A DNA stretch of 64,000 bases from Eledone cirrhosa (taxonomy: Eukaryota). The position numbers were made by a program, and so were the translations under genes. How positions within the stretch are numbered: the first letter of the stretch is position 1; each line of letters opens with the position of its first letter. The notes beneath the pieces were generated by a model that saw only the letters and a program-made list of their open reading frames with translations, was not told the origin of the DNA and did no database searches. The stretch lies in contig OZ024741.1 in assembly GCA_964016885.1 (NCBI GenBank), positions 73,718,001 to 73,782,000 on the forward strand. The letters are read 5' to 3'. This document shows, one piece after another, positions 13,265 to 27,100 of the stretch.

Positions 13265-16200
13265 ATGAATAGACGAACTCATCATGGCAAAAAGTACAAG
13301 TCTCCTTCGACCAAATCGCAACTACAACCGTTGTATACAGTGGAGCTACGAGCTTAACAAAGTATTATATGAAGCATACAAACAATCTGAACCCCAAAAG
13401 TTCGGTTTTATGTAAAGGCTAAAAACTTTATGGAACTCCAAACACCCAGAATTAGACTTTTCTCCAAAGCATTTAAATGAACAGGCAAAACGCATCATTA
13501 GATGTAAATTGATACATCTAACGGAATTGAGTGATACTATAAATACAGCCCTTGTAGACAACTACCCCACCTCCACTGACAGACAAAGAGAATGGCCAGC
13601 TAAATCTAACAGTGAACAGTTCACCAACAATTTTGCTGAAATCCATCCCACTTTCACTGAAGAACAGCGAGAAAGGTCAGCTAACTCTAGTAGTAATTGT
13701 CACCACATCAACAACGAGGCTGAAATTCATGGCTCTACTGAACAAACAGAGCACCCAAAACTTGTGGACACCCTACAAGTGATATGGAACGATATGTGTT
13801 GTATGGTCTGTCACTCACAGCCTTAATGTGAGTGACAGACCATACAACACCAGAATCAGTAAAGAACCCACTAAATTGGAATTGGAAGCGGTGAACGAAA
13901 TAGCTGGCAATTATCTGAAGGCTATACGATCTAAAGGTGTAGAAACAACATTTGAAACGTTTAATGTTTTGTTATATGTTTCAGCTGTCACATTGCTATC
14001 ATATAACACACATCTAAAACCACGCAATCAAGATACAAACAGAAAGCCTGAACCAGCGTGGATGCGAAATTTAAAAACCAAAATTTTGTCCCTGAGACGA
14101 AGTATCTCACACATCGCAGTCGTTATGAAATGCAACATAGAGAGCAACTTCACACGACACCAGGAAGACCTAAAGAAAAAGTTAGAGAGACGATTTGGAG
14201 ATACAAAATTTAAAACTTTGAACTCCAAATTACACCAATTGAAACAACAACTCACAGCTACAAGAGAAAGATTAAAATATAAGTCAACAGCACATAAACG
14301 ACAAGTGCTAAATAGATTGTTTGCCAGAGATCCTAAATCAGTTTATCGCAGCTTCGGTGGCAAAAGCTCGATCCCTGTAAACGAGACCCCTTCAAAAGAA
14401 CAGGTTGAGAGCTACTGGAGATCTGTATAGGAAACGGATGACGGATTCAACAGACAAACTAATTGGCTAAAAGAACTGGAACAGGACTACTGCCAACATG
14501 TCCAGACAAAACAATATGACATAGATGGGTCAATATTGGAAACAGCTCTACAGAAAATGTCGAATAGGAAATCGCCAGGCCCAGACCTCATTACAGGATA
14601 CTGGTTGAAGAATTTCACTTTCTATCGGCAAGATCTCATACGGCTGTTTACAGAAACCATTAAAGGCACACAAGAACTGCCCAGATGGTTATCAACTGCC
14701 ACTACTCTCCTCATTCCCCAAAATAGCCAAACCACCCTTGCTAAAAATTACCGCCCAATAGCCTTCCAAAACATCATGTATAAATTATATACTGGGTGCC
14801 TTAACCTGTTCTTACAGGATCACTGTGCTACCAACAACATCATAACACCTGAGCAAGCTGGTGGAAAGGGGGAGGTGTGGAGTTGCATAGATCACCTACT
14901 AACTAACAAAATGATTCAGGAAAAAACAACAAAGAATCGCAGAAACATGACTGTGGTGTGGCTGGACTATCAAAAAGCATTTGATAGTGTACCTCACGGG
15001 TGGATTATTAAGGCTTTACAGTTAGCTAAAGTCCCACAACCATTGGTAGCTGCTGTTGAACGCCTGACCAAGAACTGGTACACCAATTTGATCCTTAGAG
15101 GTGAGAAGGAGCAAGTTAAGACTGATAAGATACATTACCAGAAGGGCATCTTTCAGGGTGATAGCTTGTCAGTGCTACTCTTCGTTCTCTCACTGAATCC
15201 ACTATCTTACCTACTCAGGAAACAAGGTGGACAAAGAAGTGGGCCCAGAAGTATCTCCCATCTTTTCTTTGTTGATGACCTGAAGTTGTATGGGCCAAAT
15301 ATCAATGACATCAAGAAACAATGGACCTCATTACACAATTTTCAACCGACATCAAAATGAAATTTGGTGAGTCCAAGTGTGCATATTTGGCAGTAAAACG
15401 TGGAAGAGCTGTGCTCTCCTCTAGAAATCTAGAAATGAACGGCCTGACAATACAACCTCTACAGTCAGGTGACAACTACAGATATCTTGGACAGGATGAG
15501 AATGTCAGATATGATGGACCCATATATAAGGAGAGAACCAGAACTGAATACCTCAGAAGAGTAAAGAAAATATGGTCATCAGAACTGTCAGCGTACAACA
15601 AATACATTGCCCACAATATTTATGCTGTGCCAATTCTAACGCCAACATTTGGCCTGCTGAACTGGTCATTGCAAGAACTAAGTGAGATGGATGTTAGAAC
15701 TCGAAAACTTCTCAGTGTTACTGGGAACTTTAACATCAATGGTGATGTGGATAGACTATACTTCTCACGCAAGGAAGGTGGCCGGGTCTAAAATCAATAT
15801 TAACAACATATCAGACCCGGATAGTAACACTGAAGCAACACCTTCAACAGAGGAAAAAGGTTGGCAACCATCCTGCCCAGGTTTATGAGCATGAAAAATA
15901 AATATCATTAGAATAGCGACTGATCTGGAGGAGAGATATGGAATAAAGCCTGATATAAATCTCTCACCCAGAGAAATCGGAAGATCCTATTCAATGTTTA
16001 AACAAGATGAAAAAATTGACCAATTTACCAAAAAAGTTGTGCATGGTTACTTGAGACGTAAAACACAAACCATAGAGGGGATAAACCAGTCAAAAAGCCT
16101 GGCATGGAGTTCCGACAAGCTTATGACATCACACCTTGAGGGATATCTCTATGCAATACAGGAACAAGAACTCCCTACCAAATATCTGCTGCACAAAAGA

Positions 16201-16870
16201 GGAGGGCCAGCAGCTGACAATAAATGTAGGCTATGTAAAACAAAGATCGAGGATGTAAGCCACATTGTTGCCAGCTGCGAAAGAATGTCATCTCGCTACT
16301 ACCTCGCCATGAGACACGATGGGATAGCTAGAACCATCTGGAACGCACTTCGGAAAACAAAATTAACAACAAACGAGGAAGAATATATTGAGACAGATAG
16401 CACTAAGTAATACTGGTGGAACCTGAAAATAAAAACTGCCACCAAATTAAAGCACAACCGGCCTGATATTGTTGTTTGGGACCACACATTGAAAACGTGT
16501 TCTGTTGTGGAGATCAGCTGCCCACTTGATGTAGACTTTGTCAGAAAAATACAGGAGAAGGAGGACATCTACGGACCATTGATGAGGAGTTTACAAATCC
16601 AGTATCCAAGATACACCTTTAGCTTCATACCCATCATTATTGGAGCTACGGGTTATATACCAACCCACTTGGACCAAAGTATGACTGGATTTGCGGACAA
16701 AAAGCGCAGCTCCCTAATTCATAGTCTACAAATGGCTGCGATACCTGGCACCTTCAAAATTTGCAAAACATTCTTGCGATTCAAGGGATGACAATTTCTT
16801 TTCTTTTACAACCTTGCCACCAGGAAGGTGGCCGGTCAAAAAAAAAATACTCGAAATTAAGAGAAAGAGA
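13265..16870 (+). mobile_element. R4/Dong-like non-LTR retrotransposon (RT + CCHC + restriction-like endonuclease), decayed
   Basis: N-terminal W..N..LY..Y..S.P domain; RT motifs KSPGPD, NYRPIA, WLDYQKAFDSVPH, GIFQGDSLS, HLFFVDDLKL, YRYLG; CRLC..H..C; RHD; RPDIV..VEISCP. Several stops and frameshifts; 3' UTR hairpin gccacc/ggtggc. Confidence 0.9.
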
Positions 16871-16889
16871 CATACATATACATAATATT

Positions 16890-17018
16890 AAAGAGTACTG
16901 GTGGAATGTTCCAGTAAAAACCACAATAAAGTGCAGGCATAACAGACCAGATATTATGATATGGGACAGGGAAAAGAAGGCATGCACAGTAGTGGAAGTT
17001 AGCTGCCCAGCAGATGCA
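16890..17018 (+). pseudogene. Second, diverged RLE fragment from a related R4-like element
   Basis: EYWWNVPVKTTIKCRHNRPDIMIWDREKKACTVVEVSCPAD parallels YWWNLKIKTATKLKHNRPDIVVWD..VEISCPLD at 16411-16530. Confidence 0.85.
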
Positions 17019-17469
17019 AGCACACATATAACTCAAAACATACACACATACAATAATATCCATATCTACACATGCATGCATGTAGACATACATACATATC
17101 TACCTAGTTGATGTTGTGTAAATTCCAATGAGAGAGTCTTGTAACTATGTTAGAAACTGGATCTCTCTATTGGCAAAAATGTGTGAAATTATAAAACCAG
17201 AAGAACATACATACAAATGTACATACGTACATACATATATACCCGTTATACATTATGAACAGTGAATGTGTTCATGTATGAACGTACTAATTACTTTGTC
17301 TTGACTTACTCGATGACAAGACTTGTAACTATAACAGAATCAAAATAAATAGTTGACGCAGACGTCCAAAATAGACTGGGAGAAGGTCATAGAAGGTCTA
17401 ACGAAAGAACATTGACAATTAAACAACTATCCGGTTACTAAACTAACTTTCGAATGCATTAGTTACCTG

Positions 17470-17855
17470 ACTAATAATTGTTTGAGACACAAGACAAACA
17501 ATTTTGAGGGATTAAATCGAGCCCAGTACGTTACTGGTGTTTTATTTTATCGACCCCGTAAGGATGAAAGGTAAAGCTAACCTCGGCGGGATTTGAACTC
17601 AGAATATAAAGGGCAGTAACTCTATGACGCGAAGCAAAGTGTATACCTAACTAATAATGGTTTCTTATATAGGCACAAGTCCAGCAATTTTGGGGGGAGG
17701 GGAAAGTCGATTAAATCGAAACCAGTACATTACTGTTGTTTTATTTTATCGCCCCTGTAAGGATAAAAGGCAAAGCTAACCTCGGCAGGATTTGAATTCA
17801 GAATATAAAGGGCCATAACTCTATGCCGCGAAGCAAAGTGTATACCTAACTAATA
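17470..17855 (-). mobile_element. Two tandem tRNA-derived SINE copies
   Basis: Repeated ttttatcgacccc..aaggatgaaagg.aaagctaacctcggc.ggatttgaa.tcagaa; the minus strand has a B-box-like GTTCAAATCCC. Same family at 26678-26940. Confidence 0.75.
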
Positions 17856-17877
17856 CTAAAATTTTAAATAAACTAGT

Positions 17878-17987
17878 GCGTGTGTTTTTTTATTGGCAAC
17901 ATGACTCTCCAAATGCATAACAATATCTGGTTCAACACAATTTCTCACAAGGAACCTTTCAAACAAATACAAATACGAACACGAAGT
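17878..17987 (+). repeat. Solo pseudo-LTR end of a relative of the PLE at 21720-25902
   Basis: ttattggcaacATGactctccaaa..cataacaatatc.ggttcaacaca encodes MTLQMHNNIWFNT, versus MTLPKYNNIGFNT at 21805 (minus). Ends at a TA/TG microsatellite. Confidence 0.75.
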
Positions 17988-18013
17988 ATATATGTGTATG
18001 TGTGTGTACGTGC

Positions 18014-18048
<35 letters not shown>

Positions 18049-18073
18049 CGTGCGTGTGTATATACATACATAT

Positions 18074-18127
<54 letters not shown>

Positions 18128-18572
18128 TTACACACATGTATAGACATATAAACACGTATATGAAAACATATAAATACGTATATAAATAAGTACATATATA
18201 CATGTGTGTGCGTGTGAGCGCGCGCGCGGGCGCGTGTGTGTGTGCGCGCGCGCGCGCGTGTGTGTGCGTGTGTGTAAGCACATGTGTGCGTGTGACAAAA
18301 AAATGGAGAGAGAGAGAATAGAGAAGGAGAGAGGTGGGGGTGAATAAAAGAGGGAATAAGAGTCCATAGCAGATAATTTACCATACCATTAGGGCTTCAA
18401 ATGATGGAATTCTGTAGAGACCTAAACCTATTAACATATGTTGTCTTCGGGGCTTATCTTCTCACTCTTTTAAGCTTCATGTATTATCTCTTTATTTTCT
18501 CTCTCTCTCTCGCTCTCTCTCTTTTTCTCTCTCTCTCTCTTTCTCTCTCTCTGTTCCTTTCTAGATCTATCT

Positions 18573-18617
<45 letters not shown>

Positions 18618-19134
18618 ATTCCCTGTATCTCTGTTCATCTATTTTCTCTCTATTATCTCTTTAATTCCTGATCTCTCTCTCTCTCTCTCCATCTCTCTCT
18701 CTATCTATCTATCTCTCTCTTTCTCTCTTTCTCTCTCTCTCTCTCCATCTCTCTCTCTATCTATCTATCTCTCTCTTTCTCTCTCTCTCTCTCTCCATCT
18801 CTCTCCCTCTTTCTCTCTCTCTCCCTCTCTAACATATTTTCAGTATTTCTCTTCATTTATCTTTCTTTCTAATATCTTTTCTCCCACACGTTCATTACCC
18901 TTCTCCCTTCCGCTTCTTTTATTCTCCCTATCTTCCATTCCTCCTCCCTCTATATTTCTACGTCTTTCCCTCTTATTCAACCTCTTTCAGTCCCTCATCT
19001 TTTATATCAATACATCGTCTCTAACTCATTTCCTTCATTGTCTTTTTTTATCTCTCCTATTTTATACATCTGTAAATCATATGGATGCATGTATTGATCA
19101 TATTTATACATACATACGTACATACATATATATA

Positions 19135-19237
<103 letters not shown>

Positions 19238-19282
19238 TTTGCATTGTTATTTGTTTCTATTTACCTTACATATATATATACG

Positions 19283-19338
<56 letters not shown>

Positions 19339-19751
19339 TTTATATATATATATATGCACATATATGTACATATCTATGTATATATAATATACATGTGTAC
19401 ATAGGCGCCCGCATGTGTGTATAGTAGACACACAGATACATACACTTCATTACTGCACTACACCTTGCCTACATCTCACCCTGAAATACTATCATTTACA
19501 TACAATAAATAACTTTCCAGTCTGCATTAAGATGGACTCCCAAGGGCCAATCGACAATCATGATATATTAATCGTGCTCTCCTTGCATTACTCTTATTTC
19601 CTTCTTGATCTTCAATCAATAAACAGTCTTTTTCTCTCATCACCTCTATATTCTATGACAACGTAAAAATGTTTCACTATATGAGCAAAGATCACAGCAA
19701 TACGCACCTAGGGTTTCGTTAGTGTATTATACACTCGTAGTTAAATATACT

Positions 19752-21283
<1,532 letters not shown>

Positions 21284-21375
21284 AATATCGTAAATATACT
21301 CCAAATACTTGTTGAGTGCTTTTATATCAGTTATAAATATTTACTCGTTGTAACCCAACAATTTAAATAAAACTT

Positions 21376-21415
<40 letters not shown>

Positions 21416-21643
21416 CAGCAAGAGATGTCAACATGAATGGACCTGTTATTTTTATCTAAAGACATTTTTTCCAATTCCATCCCGCCCGTCTCCTCAATCT
21501 ATCTTATTTCTCATTCTTTCTTCTAATGAAGGACTAACTTCCGAAACGTTAAAACCCTCTTCCTGCTATATCAAGCGTTAGCCTAATATATCCCTTCCAT
21601 ATACTGTACCGATTGTGTTTTTATTTCTGTTTACCCTTTACAT

Positions 21644-21725
<82 letters not shown>

Positions 21726-21945
21726 CGTTTCTGAATTTGTTTAGCAAGATTCTTTATCTGAAATCGTGTGTTGAAACCGATATTGTTATACTTTGGGAGG
21801 GTCATGTTGCCAATAAGAAACACACACACCAGTTGCTTTCACTTCAATTTATTATATATTTATAAATTTATAAATTTACAAATCTACAAACTTATAAATT
21901 TCTGGTTGGTTGGTTGGTTCCACAACCAGATAGTTGTTTATATAT

Positions 21946-21990
21946 AGTCATAGTCCTTTCGTCACACACTCTGTGACCTCTTCAGTGACT
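21946..21990 (-). ncRNA. Minimal type-I hammerhead ribozyme in the PLE 3' region
   Basis: Minus strand: agtca-CTGAAGA-g-gtcac(agagtgt)gtgac-GAAA-gga-CTA-tgact. Stems I and II pair perfectly; stem III is vestigial. Confidence 0.8.
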
Positions 21991-22224
21991 GGGGATTCCT
22001 TTCTTTGTTTCTGTGCCTTTCCTTTCTTCTATCCTACGCCATTTTGTTTCTGTGTGTGTGTGTGTTGTGTGCTCAGTTTGCGCATGCGCCACATCCGGGT
22101 GTCTGTGTGTGTTTGTGTTCATTTATCTATTTGTTTATTTATTTATTTATTTATTGTTGGTTGGTTGTTTGTTCTATGTGTGTGTGTGTTTTCATTTTGT
22201 CCTGTGTGTGTTTTCATTTTGTCC

Positions 22225-25200
22225 TTAATTGTAAGTTGTGATGTTGCTGTTCCACTCATATTTTCTATTTAATTTTGGTTGTAATTCTTTTATGCTTACT
22301 GCCTCTGTAATTTGCCTAAACATTGCATCTTTTCTGTGTGTGGATTCTATTTTTATTTCTATGTTCTCTAATCTACCCCTGTGTTCTATCTTAGCATGTT
22401 GGTAGAGCACAGATGATTCTTTATTATCTTGAAGGTCTCGCCAGTGTTCATTTATTCGTTCCCCTATACTACGAGCTGTCTCACCTATGTACACTATATT
22501 TTTGTTTCTACATTGTCCTTCAGTACATCTTATGCTATACACTACATTTCTAGTTTTACAGTTAATATGGGGGCTTATTTTACAGGTTATACATTTCTTA
22601 TCTATACATGAGGGTCTTTGGAACGGGTATGTCTTGCTAATAAGTGTTTTTACGGAGGTACCTGGTCTTTCTACTATCTTAATATTGAGTTTATGTTTAT
22701 TTAGGGCCCTTCTAAATTTGTAGGCTAGTTCGCCTCTAGGGGTTGTATTGATGAACATTACACTCTGGTATTTATTGCTATCATACCATGAGTTTATTCT
22801 ATTGGCCTTGTTCCTAGTTCTTTCTATTCTATTCCAAAATTTGCTCCTATACAAGGGGCAGGTCCCATTTATGTCATTATTTACCATTTTTTCCCATTTG
22901 GTTCTGGCTCCTCTATACACTCTGATTCTATCTCTCTGATTGTAGCCAGAGAACTGCATACGGTGGATGAAGTGTTGTATGTGTCTCTCTAGTTCTTCGG
23001 GGTTGCACATGCGGGACACATTTCTCATCACCCGTACCAAATCCGCAATCAGTATGTTGATTTTGGTATGGTCCGAAATGGCCGAGTTTCGGTGGATCAG
23101 ATGTTTGGAAGTCATGGGTTTGGCATAATGGGAATGGAGGATTTGTTTTTGGTTGTTAATGGTATCTAACCAGAGCTCTGTGTCTAGTACAGGTAATCGA
23201 TGGTTGGGGTGTCTACTTGGGTAGTCTATAGTAACTCTAATGCTCTGGTGGATGGAGTTAGCTATTTGCTGGATGCTTTCCATTGTGTTTTTCTCTAGTT
23301 CCTGACTGTTCTTTAGTGGGGGTGTCTTAACTACGATGTTTATATCATCTACGTAGCGGGAGTACATTATCAGGGTTAAGCTGTCTTCTAAATGTTCTTT
23401 AAGTTTTTGTTTAAGTCTACTGTCCCACCATACCATGAATAAGTTAGCTATGTCGCCTGCAATGCTAACACCAATGGCTGCTCCTTCCTCTTGGGCATAT
23501 GTTTTACCATTAAATTTGAACATATGTTCCTTAAGGGTTAATTTTATGCTGGCCCCTACCGCATGTGCAATCATTTTCTTCAGTTCATCGTGGTTTTCGG
23601 GTGTCCGTATGGCTCTGGTCCACCCGTTCCATCTATCTGTGTGGGTTTTCTTGGCCATTGAGGTAATGGTAGGTGGTCTGCCTCTTGCTGGTCTTGTAGG
23701 GCACAGGTTGCTAAGGTCATAAGTGTCTAGGTAACTATTACTATGGGTAAGCTTAAGTAGAAGTCCCAGCTCACTGGTATCAATCCCACGGAACTCAACC
23801 TTGCTCTCGCTGATCATTTCTACGCATTTCTCCACAGCAAAATCCACGTCAATAGATGGATACAGGGACACAACATCCATACTGCCTATTATGCAGTTTG
23901 TTAGGTCCCAAGATCGGTTACTCGCGCCGATTCTGCTGAGGAGGTCCTCCGTGCTGTCACATACATCTGGGGATATCTCAATGATGGGGCGTATGATCAG
24001 GGAGAGGAAGTAGGACAGTCTGTAGTTACTAGCAATGTTAGCTCCACAGACTGGCCGTGTTGGTGGTCCCGCGACAGGGTCACAGCCCGTTTTATGGTCT
24101 TTTCGAAGCCCATACAACGCCGTCACGTCATTGTTCCAGGCCTGGAAGTTGTTGGCAGTCCTTTTGTTGGGCTGCATTATATTCGTCCACATCACCATAT
24201 GGGCATTGAGGGCTTTTTCTCTATCCTCATGCTCCTGTGGCGTTACCTCTCTTGTGTTAGTGATGTGGGGTTGCATTGCCTGGATGTAGTTTGGCAGGCT
24301 GTCAACCGACATTCTGCCAGACTTGTCTGTTGGAAAGCATGCTATCTCTCCATTACGCGAGCGCTGCATGAGCTTACGCAAGCCATTTGCAGATTTTTCT
24401 CCCAGTTGCTGGGCCTCTATTCTATTATGCTTCTTGCTATACTGTTCTATAATATTTCTAAGTTCGGATTTAGCTATACTAAATTGTGCTTCTGTTTGTT
24501 CATCGACCTGCGACGGCAACTGCGTGCGTTTGTTAAATGGCAAAGTCGTGGCGTGGACTCGTCGCAGGTCGAATGATTTATCGGAGGGATTATAAAACGG
24601 AGAGTTCCAGGCTGCTGCTTTATGTGTACTAGTGCTATTGTTATTGTTAGTTGTGTTGTTTCTATTTCTATTTCCACCAACAGCCTCATGGTTGTTTCTA
24701 TGTCTCTCATAATTACTCCTGTCTCTTTCCACTGGCTCAGTGTTGTTATCTACCCTATTTTGTGTGTCTGTGTGTTCGTCTTGGTTATTCTCTTTGTCCT
24801 TAGTCTCCCATCTCCTTTTCCTTTTAATCCTATTACTTTCCCTTATTTCTCTGATTTCTGTGCTACTGTCATTACTTGTTTTCTGTGTCTGTGTGTTTGT
24901 TAAGATTGTGGTGGTGGTGAGAGGCATTGAATGCGTGTGTGTTGTTGTTGTTGATGTGTGCTGTTGTTGATGTGTGTTGTTGTTGTCTCCGTGTGTGTTA
25001 TCGTTGTTGTGTGTGTTGTTATTGTTGTTTGTGTCTGCGTGTCTGTTGTTGTTGTATCTGGGTATGTTGCTATTGTTGTTGTTGTTGATGTGTGTGTTGT
25101 TGTTATTGTTGTTTGTGTCTGTGTGTATGTTGTTGTTGGGATGTGTGTTGTATATGTGTGTGCGTATATTGTTGCTTTTGTTTTTGATGCTCCAGCGTAG

Positions 25201-25791
25201 TTTTGTAAATGATTTTTCTATTTCTGACAGACAACTAATCATATTTACCTTCTTGAATGTCGCAAATTTGGGCGGCAGACATAACACAGACATTTCATCA
25301 TTATGTATTTCCGTGTTCCCATAAATGTTGGTATTTTTGTTGTTGAACTCTTCTGATAATGAGGTGTCGGCCATGTTGATACCGTCAATTTTGTCGGGAT
25401 ATCTATTGGTATACTCTATAGTATCCTGATTTAGCTTTGCCTGTTTAAGCCACTTTAGTTTCCTGTTAAAGTGCTTATCACATTCTTGAGTAATGTACTG
25501 TTCTTCGGGGCGTATAAGGCTTATAAATATTAGTTTTTCTGTTGGTGTGGTGATTTTAGCTATTTCTTGTATTAGGTTACGCTTTTGTTTTTCTTGATGA
25601 CTTAATTCTCTATAGATCTTCTTTTTTATGTTTAGAATTAAAGTTCGTTTTAGCCTATCTGCTTGTTTTTTGGTGAGTTGTAATCTTCTAACGTCGGTAT
25701 TGATGGTGTTGGTGTAGATTCTGGAAGTGGCGCACAGCTTTATGAAGTGTAGTTGTCGAGATGTCATGGTGTTTCGTAGACAACAGAACAT
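22225..25791 (-). CDS. PLE reverse transcriptase + C-terminal GIY-YIG endonuclease (1188 aa, uninterrupted; frame open to 25902)
   Basis: TDKSG, LYGLRKDHK, TRPVC, SMDVVSLYPSI (motif A), QEEGAAIG (B'), RYVDD (C), LPVLD; C..C, NVVYSIRC..YIGETAR..R..EH, EA..I..P.LN. Confidence 0.92.
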   Translation of the reverse strand: MFCCLRNTMTSRQLHFIKLCATSRIYTNTINTDVRRLQLTKKQADRLKRTLILNIKKKIYRELSHQEKQKRNLIQEIAKITTPTEKLIFISLIRPEEQYITQECDKHFNRKLKWLKQAKLNQDTIEYTNRYPDKIDGINMADTSLSEEFNNKNTNIYGNTEIHNDEMSVLCLPPKFATFKKVNMISCLSEIEKSFTKLRWSIKNKSNNIRTHIYNTHPNNNIHTDTNNNNNNTHINNNNNSNIPRYNNNRHADTNNNNNTHNNDNTHGDNNNTHQQQHTSTTTTHTHSMPLTTTTILTNTQTQKTSNDSSTEIREIRESNRIKRKRRWETKDKENNQDEHTDTQNRVDNNTEPVERDRSNYERHRNNHEAVGGNRNRNNTTNNNNSTSTHKAAAWNSPFYNPSDKSFDLRRVHATTLPFNKRTQLPSQVDEQTEAQFSIAKSELRNIIEQYSKKHNRIEAQQLGEKSANGLRKLMQRSRNGEIACFPTDKSGRMSVDSLPNYIQAMQPHITNTREVTPQEHEDREKALNAHMVMWTNIMQPNKRTANNFQAWNNDVTALYGLRKDHKTGCDPVAGPPTRPVCGANIASNYRLSYFLSLIIRPIIEISPDVCDSTEDLLSRIGASNRSWDLTNCIIGSMDVVSLYPSIDVDFAVEKCVEMISESKVEFRGIDTSELGLLLKLTHSNSYLDTYDLSNLCPTRPARGRPPTITSMAKKTHTDRWNGWTRAIRTPENHDELKKMIAHAVGASIKLTLKEHMFKFNGKTYAQEEGAAIGVSIAGDIANLFMVWWDSRLKQKLKEHLEDSLTLIMYSRYVDDINIVVKTPPLKNSQELEKNTMESIQQIANSIHQSIRVTIDYPSRHPNHRLPVLDTELWLDTINNQKQILHSHYAKPMTSKHLIHRNSAISDHTKINILIADLVRVMRNVSRMCNPEELERHIQHFIHRMQFSGYNQRDRIRVYRGARTKWEKMVNNDINGTCPLYRSKFWNRIERTRNKANRINSWYDSNKYQSVMFINTTPRGELAYKFRRALNKHKLNIKIVERPGTSVKTLISKTYPFQRPSCIDKKCITCKISPHINCKTRNVVYSIRCTEGQCRNKNIVYIGETARSIGERINEHWRDLQDNKESSVLYQHAKIEHRGRLENIEIKIESTHRKDAMFRQITEAVSIKELQPKLNRKYEWNSNITTYN

Positions 25792-26199
25792 GGTGGTTTT
25801 CAGTATCTTGTTAGCCTGGCTAAGGCTTACGATATTTCGTTTCTGAATTTGTTTAGCAAGATTCTTTATCTGAAATCGTGTGTTGAAACCGATATTGTTA
25901 TATTGTTATAGTTGGACCCAATGCTATATCACAGACTGACAAATTTTCGCCTAAACAATTACGGGTAAAAATAACTTCGACTTATTTTAAAATTTAAATC
26001 ATGGGGATAACTGAAATACATAACTGACATCTTCTCATATATCCGTGTAGTTAGATGTATGTATCTGAAGGTGCAGTGCTTAGTGGTTAGGGTATTCAGC
26101 AAAAAGGAAAAAAGGAGTTGTACCTGTAATTCGAATCTGAAGCAGAGTCTTGATAAATAATCAGATGCACAAAGATCACCAAGGCTTCAATAACAAAGA

Positions 26200-27100
26200 A
26201 TAAGAAGCGCACAAGATAGACTGGATGAATCAGAGGAATGAAGATCAAAGAGGCTTGCTGATGATAGGACAATGGAGGCAACTATTTGTCAAGAGGAATC
26301 GGATGTACAAAAATCGTTAAGACAGCAAATGGAGAGAAAGAGAACAGCTCAAAGGTGGCATGAAGAAACTGAAGCTCAAAGAACTCAAAAGCTGTGAACA
26401 GAGAGCATGAACAGATGTTTTACGATTTAAATAGTTTGCTAAGTGGAACGTTGCTGCTTTTAGTTACAATCGACTTGAAGACTATGCCTCAGAACCTTTA
26501 ATTCGAATTTCCTCTATGATGGTGCTAAAACATGGAATAATGAGTCAACTGGATTGTGCTGTTTAGATGGACAGATTAAGTTTAAACAATTACCTGAATC
26601 ACCAGAACCCTTGAGAGAACTGCTGATTGGTACAACTACTGAATCAAGATACTTTCTTAAAAATATTCAGAAGTACAATAATTGTTTCTACTTTTGGCAC
26701 AAGGCCAGCAATTATCCAGTACATTACTTGTACTTTATTTTATCGGCCCTGTAAGGATGAAAGGCAAAGTTAACCTCGGTGGGATTTGAACTCAGACCGT
26801 AAAGGGACGTAACTATGATGGAAAAATAATTGTTTCTACTTTTAGCACAAGGCCAGCAATTATCCCAGTGTATTACTGGTACTTTATTGTATCGACCCCG
26901 TAAGGATGAAAGGCAAAGTTAACCTCGGCGGGATTTGGAAAAATAATGCATTCTCAACAACGTCATTTGGTGCAAATTTCATCCATGAAGATGGCTTCAT
27001 ACCCATTTTCAAAATCCAAGGGCACCTGTACCACAGAATTGGACCACTTCAGCCACTTTCAGAAAAAGATCCAAAAATATTTACAACCATATTTCATCAG
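26200..27100 (+). pseudogene. Helitron Rep/helicase N-terminal fragment interrupted by SINEs
   Basis: CCLDGQIK..LPESPEPLRELL.G..ES..FLKNIQKYNN, then after the SINEs AFSTTSFGA...FKIQGHLYHRIG.L.P...PK. The 5' boundary is approximate. Confidence 0.8.
26678..26940 (-). mobile_element. Two tandem SINE copies inside the Helitron fragment
   Basis: Same family as 17470-17855; both copies begin aataattgtttctactttt.gcacaaggccagcaattatcc. Confidence 0.78.

Larger units (their letters stand above)
21720..25902 (-). mobile_element. Penelope-like element with partial tandem pseudo-LTRs
   Basis: ~70-bp direct repeat at 21720-21790 and 25832-25902; single RT+GIY-YIG ORF; HHR in the 3' region; 3' end abuts (TA)n. 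Confidence 0.92.

Noticed and set aside
17575-17610. tRNA gene from a B-box match
   Set aside because: No cloverleaf; part of a multicopy SINE.
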